A stretch of 64,000 nt of DNA. Origin: the human T2T-CHM13v2.0 reference genome, Homo sapiens. The notes below the pieces were generated by a model. That model saw only the letters and a list, made by a program, of their open reading frames with translations. It was not told the DNA's origin and ran no database searches. The stretch lies in the NCBI RefSeq assembly GCF_009914755.1, contig NC_060927.1; one strand, 5' to 3'. The position numbers were made by a program, and so were the translations under genes. Within the stretch, counting starts at the first letter, position 1. Each line of letters starts with the position of its first letter. This document shows positions 13,958 to 26,495 of this stretch, piece after piece.

Positions 13958-14367
13958 TGCTGTGGCTTGGATATGGTTTGTCCACACCAAACTCATATTG
14001 AGGCTTGGTCCCCAACGTAATGGTGTTGAAAGATGGTGAGACTTTTAAGAGGTATTTGGATAACAAGGGATCTGCCCTTGAAGAAATTAATGACATCTGG
14101 TGGGAGTGAGTGTTCCCTCTCCCAAGACTGGATTAGTTACCAAGAGAGGCGGTTGCTATAAAATAAGGCTGACTCTCCAGTATGGTATCTTTGCACATGC
14201 CCGCTTCCCGTTCTGCTTCTCCATCATGTTAGGACACAGCACGAGACCCTCACCATGGTCATAACATGAACTCCCCAGGCGCCAGACTCATGAGCCAAAT
14301 TAACCTTTATTCTTGATAAATTATCCAGTCTCAGGTATTGTTACAGCAGCAGAACATGGACTAGGAG
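13958..14367 (+). mobile_element. MaLR MST-type solo LTR
   Basis: TGCTGTGGCTTGGATATG...CCAAACTCATATTGA...ATAAATTATCCAGTCTCAGGTATT...GGACTA. Confidence 0.8.
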
Positions 14368-15719
14368 AAAGCGCAAAACAATGTTTAATTCCTTTCGGAG
14401 TTAGAATAGTTAACCATTTTTTGCACATGACAGGCATTAGCTGTCATGTTTTATAGATACTAGCTCATTTAATCATTTTCACAAGGCTGTTTCCTTCTCA
14501 TCCTTCAGGTCTTAGAAAAAGTGCCAGAGCTCAGACTCCCTTAAAAAGTCACCTGACCCAGTTACTCTCTCCCACATCACCTGGTTTGTTTCCTTGGGGG
14601 CTCTAACTCATCTGTAATCTTGCTTCTGTCTCTTCTAGTTCCACTAAGTTTCCAAATGTAGAAACCGAATCTTCTTCCCCTAGTGCCTAGCATGTGACAG
14701 GTACTTCTTTGCCTAGTGCATAGCACATGACAGCTATTTTTCTAATTGCAGAATGAATGGGTTCACACAGCAACCCTGTCAAAGAGGTACTATGATCCAG
14801 ATTTCACAAACCAGAATATAATTATTAAGTAACTTCTCGGAGATCACAGTGGAGGAACTAAGATTCAAATTGTCTTCTGACCAGAGCTGGGCTCTGAAAC
14901 CACTCCAAGAATTGATCATCAGCCTTAAACAATCAGTTTTCTTTCCTTGTAATAAACTGAGTTACTCATCTAAGAATGTCAACTTTGTCTTACTACCACT
15001 TGACTCAGTTATTTTTTTCCCAAACAATAGAAATCCAGAGCCCAAACTGTAGAAATTGGCAATTTCCTTATTTAAAAACTACTGTCCATAACAAAAAGTC
15101 TATTAACAATACCCCAAAGCAGTTAAGATTTCTACCTCATATAAAATCATAAACATTTTAATTCAAAATGTTGACATTTAGAAGAAAAACTACATAAAAG
15201 CAAATGGATTTGAATTATCTGACTTTATTTAGCATGCAATGCAATTTATTCTGGCAATAAATTAATATGTGCAGTTATAAAAAATGTTGGGTACTTTTTC
15301 CAAGAAAAATGTTTCTGAATGTGCACACTAGAATATATGCAGAATCCTTTAAACAGTCGACTTCATATTTTAAACTTGTAAGTGTGGTAACATCAAGTTT
15401 TGGAAGAATGGACTTTTTCTGTAATTCATGATTTAGTTTGAGTTTATAAAGGTTTTAATTGCAATTTCAGTTCCTACAAGCTACCAAGCCTGAAATTAGA
15501 GAACTGACAGCTGAGAAAGGCAATCACCTGATCGAGTCTCCTAATTGTACAGCTGAAGAATCCAATGGCCTTGCCAAAGATTACGAAGCTAAAAAGAGAC
15601 ATAGCCTGGATTACAAGTCAGTTTTTATAGGTGCTCCAGGAATGTCTTGAGCTAAATAAGGCACACGTATCACACAGAACTTTAGTCATATCTCAGAGTC
15701 CAGTTTTACTCTGCTTTCT

Positions 15720-15978
15720 CTTTATTTTTTAGGCATGAGGTCTTGCCCTGTCACACAGGCTGGAACGCAGTGGTGTGATCACAGCTCACCACAGCCTCAA
15801 ACTCCTGGGCCCAAGCAATTTGCTCAAGGCCCCACACCTTGCTAATTAAAAGAAGATTTTTTAGAGACAGGGTCTTTCTATGTTGCCCAGGCTAGTCTTG
15901 AACTCCTGGCCTCACATGATCCTCCTGCCTTAGCTTCCTGAGTAGCTGGGATTACAGGCACGAGCCACTGCGCCTGGC
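15720..15978 (-). mobile_element. AluJ with internal deletion (sense to DPH3)
   Basis: GAGACAGGGTC..TATGTTGCCCAGGCT; CACAGCTCACCACAGCCTCAAACTCCTGGG. Confidence 0.9.
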
Positions 15979-16149
15979 TCTGGTTTTACCTTCTGCTTAA
16001 CACAGGATTCAATCTTGATGTGTTCTCCTACAGTTCACAAACTTAGTGACTCAATTGCTTTAGAAACAAAGCAATAAATGATTTGATTTAGAAATAATTT
16101 GGTTTAGAAACAAAACCATTCCCATTATTGCAGCATTATCATCAGTCAC

Positions 16150-17420
16150 TGACTGCTAATGCTTTTTATGCTTCTTTTTTCCTGGGATGTGTGAACCTGG
16201 CAACTTTTCTTCCTGTTCTTCTATGTTCTTAGCAAACCCACATCAAGGGTGTCTGTTCGTGTTTGAAACTCATCAGCATCAGAAAGAGCTAACATGTTGG
16301 CAGTATCTAGAAAACCATCAACATGATCATGGGACAGTTCATTTCGCTTTGCAGCTGATGCCACCATAGTGAGTGAGTACTCTGCTCTGTTCATCTGAGC
16401 AGTCACTTTGCTTTTGCAAAGCAGTTGTGGATTACTTCTGGGATGTCAGTGTCCCAAATGGCAATGAGATTTCTCATCACATCCAGAATATGCCACATAA
16501 TGTACTGAGCATTTTCAGCTCGGTACATTATAATTTTTGGTAATTTATTGTCTCAGCCTAGTGGCTGCACACAGCCATGCTGCTGGCAGGTAAAAAAGGC
16601 TACTCACTTGTTTTAACGTCCAATGAATGTGTGCAGTACATTTACCAGTAACAGAACATTTACATTCTAGCAAGCTATTTTTCTAATTGCAGAAGCCATT
16701 CCTAAAACAACCTGACGGACATCACTGCATTAATAAATATTTTTTATTTATACACAGTAAAGTTGTGTATATAAAGGGAATTTTCAAATTTCCAATGTAA
16801 ATGATTCTAATTTCTTGCTATGCTTAGTACTGCAGCAAAAGAAGGGTGATAGCCTATCTTTATATATTTCTTTTTCTCCAGGGCAACATTTCTCTGCAGG
16901 AGTGAATGTCTGGTTTGGCTGCATGTTATAGAGGCTTATTAAATATGCTCTCATGGGCATATTTATTCACAATAGGTCTCTCATTTTCAAGCTCATTCTC
17001 CGCTGTAGATGCTTTACCTTGTAGTAGTGACACAACACTGTGATATGCCAAAAGCACAGCTACCAGCCATGGAAATTTGACGTTAACCCCTACCTGGAAT
17101 GCAATTTCATTAGCCTTATCAAAACACAAACAAAAACTCAGATACAGAAATATTACTTGCTCTGACCTGGCAAAGTCATTCAAACATTCCACTTACTACA
17201 CTGGTATGCTTTGCTCCTCTCATTCTGTCACCAATTTCACTTCTTTTGGATGTTTTTCTTTTCATCTTGTCCTGACTTCCAAGGAATATGCAGAATATAA
17301 GAAAAGTCCTCATTCTTTCATCACTTCATTTTGGACTTTCTTTCTTGTTCACTAACTTTTAGCTCTGGAGACATTGTGACCTCACTGTATTTTCTCTTTA
17401 ATACTATGACCAAACTCTCT
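16150..17420 (-). mobile_element. Fossil Tigger/pogo (TcMar) transposase-like sequence downstream of the DPH3 stop
   Basis: Collinear degraded motifs: KRKY N-terminal HTH, KANEIA CENP-B HTH, YAHESIFN, KDRLSPFFCC, LFxEWL, VLLLV..CTAH, FLPASS..QPL, ILDVMRNL..IW..IHNCFAKA. Confidence 0.8.
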
Positions 17421-17990
17421 GCATGAAGCATTACAGAAATGACACGCTGAACAGAACATGTCCATTCTAATGGGAAAACTGAGGAGACTGGCTTGGTATA
17501 GAAACTGGAAGTGTGGTACTGATGAAGCAACTAATTTTAAATTTAGAACAGCAAAGCTGATGTCATATTTCAAAGGAAGGGCTAATTTTAATAATCTTAA
17601 TAACCAAGTCAAAAATACAATCTCTTTTTTATTAAGAAATCCTAATGACTGAGGTAGATGATGCTGTTGTCAGATACCGAAGTAATTTGGTTTAAGATAT
17701 GAAAATGATGAAACCAAGGGAAAGAAAGCACTGTTTTGAAATTATCTTCTTTTAAATTTAGATGCATAATTAAGAATGCTTCCAATTTAAGGTTCTAAGC
17801 ACAAAATCCAGATATGTCATGTTATGGACTTGCTTCCTGAAGATGATATCAGCAGTTGATAGAAAGAATCCACACTCTTACAGAACAGCAAATCATAAAT
17901 GGTTGTCTCTGTGAAGCCAGTAGCTTTGCATTCGATATTTCTATCTGGGCTCATTCCAAATGTTCAGGATTTGGATTCCTGAAGGCTTCT

Positions 17991-18056
17991 TCAGCATTTA
18001 ACTAATTCTTTGTTGGCTGAAGGGGCTGGGACTGTTTCTCCACACACAAACTGATC
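17991..18056 (-). CDS. DPH3: DPH3 coding exon 3 (DQFVCGETVPAPSANKELVKC*)
   Basis: Acceptor TTAG|GAT; TGA stop at 17993-17991; three exons sum to 82 aa. Confidence 0.97.
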   Translation of the reverse strand, partial: DQFVCGETVPAPSANKELVKC

Positions 18057-18710
18057 CTAAGACAGAGTGAGAAATGACATTAACCAATGAATTTCCGGTC
18101 ACAAATACATTAATATTAAACCTTCATTTTGTTACAGCATCAATCCAGCGCTGTTAATTGTTTTTCATTTGCTATTATCATTTCATCCTTGTTCAAAGAG
18201 CCAATGACAGCACCAGAAGTAGAATCTTAAACATGTATCAGTTTTTTGATCTGAATTCATTATTTAATACAAAGCACCTTATAAACAAACATCCCTATCT
18301 TCAGTTCAGAGCAACCACTTCTCAGAAATCACATAAAGACATGCCACATATTTTAAATTTCTGTATTAATTACTACTTACACTAAAACTTCTCCACTTTA
18401 ATATTTGGTCATTCAAATACCAGTCCTCTTCAAAGTAATTACTTCTTCTAACTAAAAGGGACAGGTCTTTATGTGGTTCCCAACATGGATAATCTGCTAT
18501 GTTAGCTACTTTGTAAATGAAGTTCAATCTCTGGTCTTTTATCCTGGCTTATGTCAGCTACCACCAAAAATCTCTGCTTCCAAGGTTATCCCTCACCTCC
18601 AGCAATCTGATTCCCGAAGGATCAGCCCCTACTCTGTCCCTGCTACTCTGTTGCCCAATATGTGGAACCCTTTCACTGTGCCCTTTGGAATTCATGGTCC
18701 ATTGTTAGCA

Positions 18711-18928
18711 CAATGCTTCATATTCTCAACCTCTTTCTCAAAATGTCCTTTTATCCCCAAGAGCACTGGTAATATCTGGAAACAGTTTGAATTGAAACAA
18801 CTGAGGATTGCTATTGGCATCTAGTAGGTAGAGGCCAGGGATCCTGCTAGACATCCTATAATGCACGGGGTATCTCTGAACAACAAAGAATTATCAGGCC
18901 TAAAATGTCAACAGGGCTGAGGTTGAGA
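18711..18928. mobile_element. MER20
   Basis: TGCTATTGGCATCTAGTAGGTAGAGGCCAGGGAT...AAAGAATTATC...AAAATGTCAA. Confidence 0.85.
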
Positions 18929-19099
18929 TGAAGTCATATTCTTAAGGACAGTTTCCCCTACAAGCCCATCTAGTGGAGGCTCTGTGTTCTCAGAGTCCTA
19001 GTACCAGAGGGATTGGAAGTGGGGCTAGTTCCTCCTTTTTGCCTCCATTCTCCTTTCCTGTCTAAAACCCATCAGTTTAGAATCTTATGTCTTGAGACT

Positions 19100-20700
19100 A
19101 CCGCCTTGCTATTCTTCTCTGTTGCTGTCATTTATCCACCCTGGATGCCATATTCCAACCCCTCTGGACCTCCACCATATTCATCCTACCACCCTTTCAC
19201 TGCCCCTCACTCCCTTCATGTTCTCTTTACCTAGTTCAAACTCCATGGTCAGTTATAACCACTCTTCTCTCACTCCTTACTATTCACTTGGGAAAACCTT
19301 AAACCTGGTTAAATCTAACTTTCCATGTCTATATTCACTAATGAAGGCTGAATTTCTACCACCTTAAACCCTCTCTTGATCCTCTATCACCACTGGTTAC
19401 TGTCCCATGTCTGTGCTCTCCTTTGCAGCAAACTCCTTAAAAGAAATGCCTATACTCACTGCCTTCTGTTCTCTCATTCTCTCCAACCAGTATTCTGCCC
19501 ATTGGTTTCTTCACTCATGCGCTGTTCCTGTTACTCCATGGAAACTGCTCTCATCTCCGTCACAGATGAACTCAGTGTTGCTAAAGCTAATGGTTAATTC
19601 TTGATTGCTTCCTATCAGTGTCACGTGACAAGGATCACCACTTCCTCAATCCTTTCTCATCTGGTTTCCAGGATTTGACACTGCTGATTTTCCTCCTTTC
19701 TCAGTGGTTTCTCCTTTACCATCAGCTTTGGTGATTCCTCGCTTCCCTCCCTGACTTTTTAATACTGTAGTGCCTTAAGGCTCAGTCCTGTATTTTATCC
19801 ATCTCTACATTCACAGACCTGGTGGTCTCATCCAATCTCATGGCTCTAAATGCTATCTGTTACTGATAACTCCCAAATTGACATTGCTAGCCAATCTCTC
19901 TCATGAACGCCAGACATGCATATCCAATTGCCTTCTCAACAGCTCAACTTGGATGACAGACCTCTCACTTAGTATGTACAATTTCAACCCCTATACCTAT
20001 AGTTACATTCCCTCAATTGACAGTAACTCCATCCTCCCAGTTATTAAGGTCACAAATATTGAAATCATCCTTGTCTCACTCCTTCACACCCTATATCCAA
20101 TCAGTTATTCAAAGCGTATCCAGAATCTAAGTACTTCTCATTATTTCCATTGCTGTAACCAGGTCCAAGCCACCCATCTCCTTCTTTAATTAGTGTAATA
20201 GCCTCCTATTACACTGGTTTTCCTGTTTCTATGCTTGCTCTCTATAGGCTACTCTGAACACAGCAGCCAGAATCATTTTTTAAAAAACTTAAGTTGGATC
20301 ATAGCACTCCTATGTTCAAAAATCCCCCAATGGTTCCCTATATCACTCACAACAAGAGCCTAAGTCCTTAAAGTGATCCACAACTTCTTACGCTACTCTC
20401 ATCCTGCTCTGCTCTGGTCACACTGGCCTCCTTTTTGTTCCTTGATAAAATCAGGCATGTTCCTGTCTTAGGTCCCCTTCACTGAACGATCCTTTGCTCG
20501 ACTCTCTTACCTCATACCCTCATATGTACATGGCTCACTCCCTCACCTCCTTCAAATCTTTACCTATTAAGGCCTTTCTCAGTAAGGCCTGCCATGATCA
20601 CCCTATGGAAAACTGCAACTTCCTCCCAGACCAGCACTCCTGATCTTCCTTACCGTTTGCTTTCTGTTGCAGAGCACATTTTAATACAAGAATGAATCAT
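19100..20700 (+). mobile_element. L2 fragments in DPH3 intron 2
   Basis: Pyrimidine-rich L2 3' region (TCATGGCTCTAAAT, TGATAACTCCCAAAT, ATCCAGAATC, CACACTGGCCTCC). Confidence 0.7.
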
Positions 20701-21380
20701 TATATTTCTAAATTATAGTCTAAATTATAGCCCGCTTCTCTCATGAGGCTCTGTGCCTCATCCCCACTTTCCCTATATTCATTTTGGACTTCATCCTTGA
20801 GAGTGTTAAGGTCCTTACCTAAGATTCCATTCCAAGTACTGAACAAAACTTTGGGTAGGAGTGGGCAGTAATAACATTTTTTTTTCTATTGTCAACATCC
20901 TTGGGTGAAAGATAATAGGGCAACTAAAGACTAAAATGAAATTGTAAAGCTGCACCTAGGAATTATATCTCAAACAAGATAATGCAGAATTCTGTGTATA
21001 AGCCAGCACGAAATACCATACAATTGTTCCCTTCAAAGTAAGTCTAGCAGCTCTAAACAATTTTAATTACATATTAAATAGAAGAGAAATATAAAAAATT
21101 GTCCACTAAAATAATCTATATACTTTCTATTTAATAAATAATAATTTTCACTAAAGCTAGATTTATCTCTAAAGCTAAAATAAATTACGTAATCTGAACT
21201 TTAAACGTTTTAATTTACTATTCGGCTGTTTATCAATGGTGTTTAAAACCTGCCTAAAAAAATACCGCACTTTACCTAGCACAATGAAACATTCTCCTGC
21301 ACTCATCACTGACAAGCTGATCTAAGTCCTTGCCACTGACTTACAATACCCTTCCCCCGTTTTAAAATTATATCCCTTAC

Positions 21381-21455
21381 TTTGTCATAAATCACTTTTA
21401 TAATGAGAGAGCAGCTAGGACACGTTGCCACGTCTTCCCCATTCTCCAAATCTTC
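21381..21455 (-). CDS. DPH3: DPH3 coding exon 2 ([25 protein letters not shown])
   Basis: Acceptor TGTAG|GAA, donor AAA|GTAAGG; 75 nt, phase 0/0; contains CPSCSL motif. Confidence 0.98.
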
Positions 21456-21994
21456 CTACAACGAAATCAAATACCATGTGGTCAGGATAGCTTCTCTTCG
21501 CCATCTCCTCCCCCAAACCTATCCCACCCCTAGATGCAAGTCTCTTGGTGGCTTGCCTTCCCCCCAAGGTGGGTGAGAACCCCAGGGCCTTCAGCGAGAA
21601 ATGCCGACATCATTTTCCCCTAGAAGCGTCACTTAGGGGAAACACCTAGGAAGGTCAGGCGAGCTTCGGTCGCCCCAAAAGCCCTGGGAAACAAAAAACG
21701 AGTCCCCTCCTCGACAGAAATATCCCAGGTTGGGACCCTAAGGCAGGGATCGGGCAGAGAGACAGAGGCTCTCCGCCACCCTCTCCCTGACCTAATCTAA
21801 GGCCAGAACTGCGTGCCTACCGAGAGAGCTCAGGGCATTAGTTGGGGTGGGGGGACGCGGGAGGAGGAAGATTCAGCAACGGGAAAGAGGGCGTGGGTGA
21901 CACAGCGCAGCAAAGGCTACCCAATGATGGAAGGAACGGGCGGAACCAAACTGCGCTTGCTTGGGTGAACCGCCGGGCGGGACCCTGAAGTTAC

Positions 21995-22102
21995 CTTGGT
22001 GATGGAGAAGTTATCTCCACATGGGCAGGGATAGAAATACGTCTCCGAGTCCTCGTCATATTGGAAGTCCTCGATTTCCACCTCGTCATGAAACACTGCC
22101 AT
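21995..22102 (-). CDS. DPH3: DPH3 coding exon 1 ([36 protein letters not shown])
   Basis: ATG at 22102-22100 in ACCATGG context; 108 nt = 36 codons; donor AAG|GTAACT; first Cys pair (CPCG) of the CSL zinc ribbon; matches DPH3/KTI11 N-terminus. Confidence 0.98.
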
Positions 22103-22399
22103 GGTCAGCGGGGGTGGCCGAAGGGGTAACGCCCCAGCAGTCCGAGGCCAGCTCCGAGGGTTTAACTTCGCCGGAACCGGCCTGGGCTCGGCATCATCAG
22201 GTCGCGCCGGGCAAGGACTAGCCCTTCCGGCGCATAGGCAATGACGCAACTCCGCCCTGCGCGGCCAAATGGATAACCGGTAGCGGTCACCATGGAGATG
22301 GCTGAACTAGGGGCGGAGACACTGGGAAGACTGAAAGCTTGCTCAGCGGGGTCGCGCACCGCTCCTCCTATTGGGCGGCAGCGACCAATAGAATGTGGG

Positions 22400-22731
22400 G
22401 CTCGCCCGCGCTGCTACGTCACGTCTGGGACCGCGGAGTATTCCAGGCGCCTGCAACTAAACGTGGCCGGGTCTGCAAGCTAGGTGCCAGCGGGGAAAGT
22501 TTCCCTGCTTCTTATCGTCTGCTTTAACGCCTTAAATAGCCCGCTGAAGGCTGCAGCAGGTGCTAGGTAGCAGCCTCCCGGCCCTCGGGAAAGGCGGGGT
22601 GGGGAGGCGAGAGCAGCTTAGCCTCCTCGACCTCCCTTCCTGGTGACGGACGAACAGTTCCCGTAGAATTTCGCTTCACCGAGTGACCTTGAGCCCAGGG
22701 CGACGGTCAGCTTGTTAATTCCTGGCTGCAG
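22400..22731 (+). other. OXNAD1: OXNAD1 non-coding exon 1 (5' end approximate)
   Basis: Lies in the CpG island; donor CAG|GTACAT at 22731/22732; TSS cannot be fixed from sequence. Confidence 0.65.
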
Positions 22732-23602
22732 GTACATTCCGCTTCTTCCTCACCCCAGACGTCTTAAAATACCCTAAATTGTGTTGCTGAAAGGACCAAG
22801 CCCTGGAAGGCAGGGATTGAGTTCTAGTCTTCTGTTTGCCAGGCTTATAACATTATTAACGACGATGATTTTTAGTAATAGTAATAACATCACCTTTTAT
22901 TATTGGGAAGTTATGTGCCAGCTATTGCACTAAGTGGAATTGTCAACTCTAGGAGTTTACATGTTATTCCATTTTATTAATCTTTAAACTGAGGTACAGA
23001 GAGTTGGGCATCTTGACTAAAATCATACACCTGGGAAATAATGAAGAGCTTGTCTGTCTCCAAAGCCCAGGAACAAATTACTTATGTGAGTACCAGTTTT
23101 TTCGTTGTGAAAGAAATGGTGTCAGTAGGCAGGTTTATCAGTGTGAGGCCTATGTATGCCTTGAAGCGAAATGCAGATAAAAGGCATTTTTGTCTTGAAA
23201 GCAGTGCTAGTGCCTGTTTTGGTAAAACCGATTACATTGGGTCTTACTTAATTACTAGGCATTTTAATATCTTAGTAGAGAAGAAATGCATTGTAGTGAA
23301 AAAGCACTTTCGAGAGAAGATCTGGGATCGGAATCTTGAGTTGTTGATTACCTCTGGCAACTGGATATTTACATTCTTTGGGCCTTATTTCCTCTTCTAA
23401 GAAAGGATTGGAGTAGAGATGATATAAGATCCTTTTTAGATGTAATGTTCCACTTTTGCACGGAAATTATGAGCTTTACTTGGTTCAGCAATGATATATA
23501 ACATTTAGTTTACATTTACGTAACACATATACATAATATATCCCTGTGCACTTTTGAAGAAAACATTACAATGACTACTAAACTTTACATTTATTCCTAA
23601 AA

Positions 23603-23905
<303 letters not shown>

Positions 23906-24349
23906 TCAGGCCAGAAGGAGTTGTTTATTGGCAATACCAAACCTCCACCTCTCTAGGTTGTTTGACAAGGAAGAGAAGGGGTCAATGTATTAGGATTGAT
24001 TTTAGTAACACTGTTGCTTGCCAGGTACTTTGGTAGACATTTTATTTATTCCTCTCAGTAATCCAGTGAGGTGGCGTGGGTAATGTTAAAATGGCAAGAG
24101 GAGACTTGCTGAAGATTAGAAAGCAGGAAGGAGTCACACCTGAGCCCAGTTCCGCTGATTTCCGGTCAAATACTCTGTGTATACTACTTGTTTACCACTA
24201 AGGTGTCTTTGCCTGTTGGAGCAAGAGGAGCCCTTTTTCTTCCTCAGTGACACCTAAGATTCTAAATTGACAGATGTCATGATTGTTCTTTGAACTTACT
24301 TAATTTCAGTGCATTTATGCTTATTGAGGCATTCTTGGCTTTTCTCTGT

Positions 24350-25070
24350 CAGTGTCCTCTCACACCCTGCCTAATGTATCAGCAAGTTTTGGGGCTCTAA
24401 TTCCAAAATATATGTCATGTTCATCTACTTCTGCCATCTCTGTAGCTGTTACCTTATTATAATCTTAGACCAGAGTCTTTTAACTGGGTTTCCTGCTTCC
24501 ACTCCTGCCCCTCTCCCTCTGTTATCCTTCCCACAGCAACTTGAGCAGTCCTTTAAAAATATAAATTAGGTCTTGTCCTTCTCCTGATTGATTCAGACTT
24601 TTCAGTTGCTTCCCATTACCCTTAGGATAAAATTCTTACCCTTACTATAGACTGCTGGACTTCATCTCATTTCACTCTTACCAGCTTACTGCTCTCCAGT
24701 CACACTGGCCTTGGTTCCTTTAACATGCCGGGCTTATTTCTGTGTTGGACCTTTGCTCTTGCTAGTCCTTCTGCCAGAGTTGTCTGCCTTTAACATTTGC
24801 TTGGCCGCCTTTTCCTCATCATTCAGATCTCAGCCAAGGTGTCATCACTGGAGAGATGTCTTTCTTGATATTTCCCCCACCTACCCCATCACTCTTACTC
24901 CCTTTATCATACTCATCATAATCTATAATTATCTTGTTATTTGTTTACTACTATCTGTCTCTGGAACTGTAATAAAAGCTTCATGATGGCAAGGGCCTTG
25001 CGTCTGGTTCTTTATTATATCTCCAAGGCCTAAAATAGTGCCTGGCACCCCTGTAGTTGTTGAATGAACT
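24350..25070 (+). mobile_element. L2 3' fragment
   Basis: Ends AATAGTGCCTGGCAC...GTTGTTGAATGAA. Confidence 0.7.
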
Positions 25071-25469
25071 GAGTATACCTGTTGAACTGAAACCATATAA
25101 TTAATCTTAAATGTTAAATTTAATCTGTTGCTTTCAGAAGTTTGTTTTACTACATATTTAATGGGTGTCAGTTTTATTTAGCACTTATTATACTTTTCTG
25201 CATTTCAGAAATAAAGTTAATTAAGATTTTTTGGTAAGGGAAGGCCTGTGAGGATACAGACATTGATGGGATGGTCTACTTTATATGGTTTTAGAAATAA
25301 CTTGATATATATTGATCTGCTGTGGTTGATTAAATGCTTACAGTATGGAACCGCCGGACATATTTCAAAAAATTAGTAGGTTTTAAATTTTTTATATTTT
25401 ATTTAAAGGACTGGCATAAAGCTTTGGAAAGCACTTTAAACAGAATTTTATAAAAATGTCCTTTATTTA

Positions 25470-25483
25470 CCAGTAGGTGGCAC
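25470..25483 (+). promoter_or_regulatory. CTCF motif
   Basis: CCAGTAGGTGGCAC is a perfect match to CCASYAGRKGGCRS. Confidence 0.7.
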
Positions 25484-25538
25484 TCTTGGTCATGGTTACT
25501 TTCACAAAATAAAATCTTAGGATTTTAAAGAGAACTCC

Positions 25539-25848
<310 letters not shown>

Positions 25849-26345
25849 GAAGAACTACTTTTAAAATTAACATTTGTTTTCCAGTTCAGTTGAGAAGGGG
25901 ACCATTCAAACAGCATAATCATTAAATGATGTATCCTATTGTGAGGACAACTTATTTTAGCAATAGTTGTCTAAAACATTGAACAGAACAGTATTTCCAT
26001 ATTTAACAATATAGTGGTTAAATTTTATCAGGGAACTTGGCCTTAAATGACATGTAACTGTGTCATTCTAGCCTTTGGTCTGCTGTTTCCTGGGGTGGAT
26101 ATCCTAAGTAGCAGGTGTTAAAGACAGGCAAGGAAGATGAACAAAATAAGCTGTAAGATAAATAATCAAAAAAGAAAAATGGAAGCATGGAGGAAAGAAT
26201 GGATGGAGAGGGGGTAATTGAGAGTGGGCTTGTTGTGAGGTGATGCCTACTGATTTTAATGAGCCTTTCCTTTGGCAGCTAAGAGGTAATAGTGCTTTTG
26301 ATCAGTTCCCCAAAACATTGTTATATGTTGTTTGTGCCATTGCAG

Positions 26346-26495
26346 GAACTTTGTGAGAATTTTAATGCATGGAAAAGCTGTCCATGTTCCAACTGCTGTA
26401 CATCCAAAAGTCTCAGTGTAATAGCAGGACCAAAATATTCTGTCAATCAGCTGACCATATACTTAATGACTCCTAAAATCTCGTGGACTTCTAAG
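26346..26495 (+). other. OXNAD1: OXNAD1 5' UTR exon 2 (150 nt, contains uATGs)
   Basis: Acceptor TTTGTGCCATTGCAG|G and consensus donor AAG|GTAAGT. Confidence 0.75.

Larger units (their letters stand above)
14290..17990 (-). other. DPH3: DPH3 3' UTR with multiple candidate poly(A) signals
   Basis: Minus-strand AATAAA at 17628-17633, 16962-16967, 16744-16749, 16544-16549, 15721-15726, 15245-15250, 15224-15229 and 14306-14311; distal end is inferred. Confidence 0.6.
21600..22760. promoter_or_regulatory. CpG island / DPH3-OXNAD1 bidirectional promoter
   Basis: High CpG density; ETS CTTCCG 22224-22229; TGACGCAA 22242-22249; GC boxes ~22250 and 22310-22318; YY1-like AGATGGCTG ~22296; inverted CCAAT pair 22368-22391; TACGTCA ~22415. 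Confidence 0.93.

Noticed and set aside
22103-22249. In-frame N-terminal extension of DPH3 in the ORF track
   Set aside because: Starts at TTG, probably upstream of the TSS; open frames are expected in GC-rich DNA; the true ATG has a strong Kozak context
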